Part shown: piece after piece, positions 59,192 through 59,247 of the stretch
How the letters are laid out: every line of letters starts with the position of its first letter
How positions within the stretch are numbered: position 1 is the stretch's first letter
DNA from: an uncultured Candidatus Saccharibacteria bacterium
Lineage (GTDB): Bacteria > Patescibacteriota > Minisyncoccia > JACQLN01
Direction: 5' to 3'
Assembly (NCBI GenBank): GCA_964365305.1
Contig: CAYIPG010000002.1
Coordinates: 1-59,247 of the forward strand
DNA length: 59,247 nucleotides
Made by a program: the position numbers and the translations under genes
Notes under the pieces: model-generated
Seen by the model: only the letters and a program-made list of their open reading frames with translations
What the model was told of the DNA's origin: nothing
The model's database searches: none

Positions 59192-59247
59192 CACGATGCC
59201 AATATACGAATGTATTCGAATGATACAAATGAATAAACGAATTTGTG
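59192..59247 (+). repeat. TACGAAT-family junction cassette, copy truncated by the window end
   Basis: ACACGATGCCAATATACGAATGTATTCGAATGATAC... directly after stop 59191. Confidence 0.85.

Noticed and set aside
1-59247. Search for tRNA, rRNA, tmRNA and RNase P genes in the larger intergenic gaps (1099-1297, 16865-17372, 20953-21141, 25935-26038, 29910-30129, 49089-49341, 55932-56173)
   Set aside because: No cloverleaf with T-loop GTTCRANNC and acceptor pairing was recognised by eye, and no rRNA-like conserved blocks. A proper tRNAscan-SE or Infernal run is still needed.

Overview
This window is a gene-dense, roughly 40% G+C (by eye) bacterial chromosome segment. Its gene content looks like Patescibacteria/CPR, probably Parcubacteria-like; that placement is an inference from gene content only. 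About 70 genes can be supported.

Gene content:
- murB and comF.
- A complete type IV pilus locus: pilM/N/O-like genes, pilB, a stand-alone CheY receiver, pilT, pilC, three tandem major pilins, pilD and four minor pilins.
- ligA, gatC-gatA, secDF, mnmA, and truncated alaS and proS.
- An infA-rpmJ-rpsM-rpsK-rpsD-rpoA-rplQ-rplM-rpsI block.
- Two mreB paralogs (one followed by mreC), holB, frr, rseP, ftsK and a RodZ-like gene.
- A VirD4/TraD-like ATPase with a membrane partner.
- Several lineage-typical hypothetical proteins.

The most unusual signals are not ordinary genes:
1. Three families of word-repeat hairpin cassettes fill gene junctions exactly from stop codon to start codon. The TACGAAT family has at least 7 near-identical copies, each carrying a TATAAT box.
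2. Two IS200/RAYT-like HUH-Y1 genes each have a private palindrome at both flanks and again inside the coding sequence, at the homologous codon position.
3. Two wHTH-Cas2-like (PaaX-N-like) genes are each bracketed by CGATCG-centred palindromic motifs. Each is preceded by a GC-richer ORFan that has a strong Shine-Dalgarno (SD) sequence and its own terminator.
4. A 32-nt GC-rich hairpin element is inserted in the same reading frame in alaS and in an unrelated gene.
5. Paralogous structured leaders of about 150 nt lie upstream of gatC and proS.
6. A diverged duplicate stub of the mnmA 5' end lies upstream of mnmA.
7. An HtrA homolog contains no histidine at all.
8. RpoA lacks the alpha-CTD.
9. 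A GC-richer pyrE/pyrF-like pair has an altered catalytic motif.

No rRNA, tRNA or CRISPR array was recognised. All homology calls come from motif recognition by eye; no searches were run.
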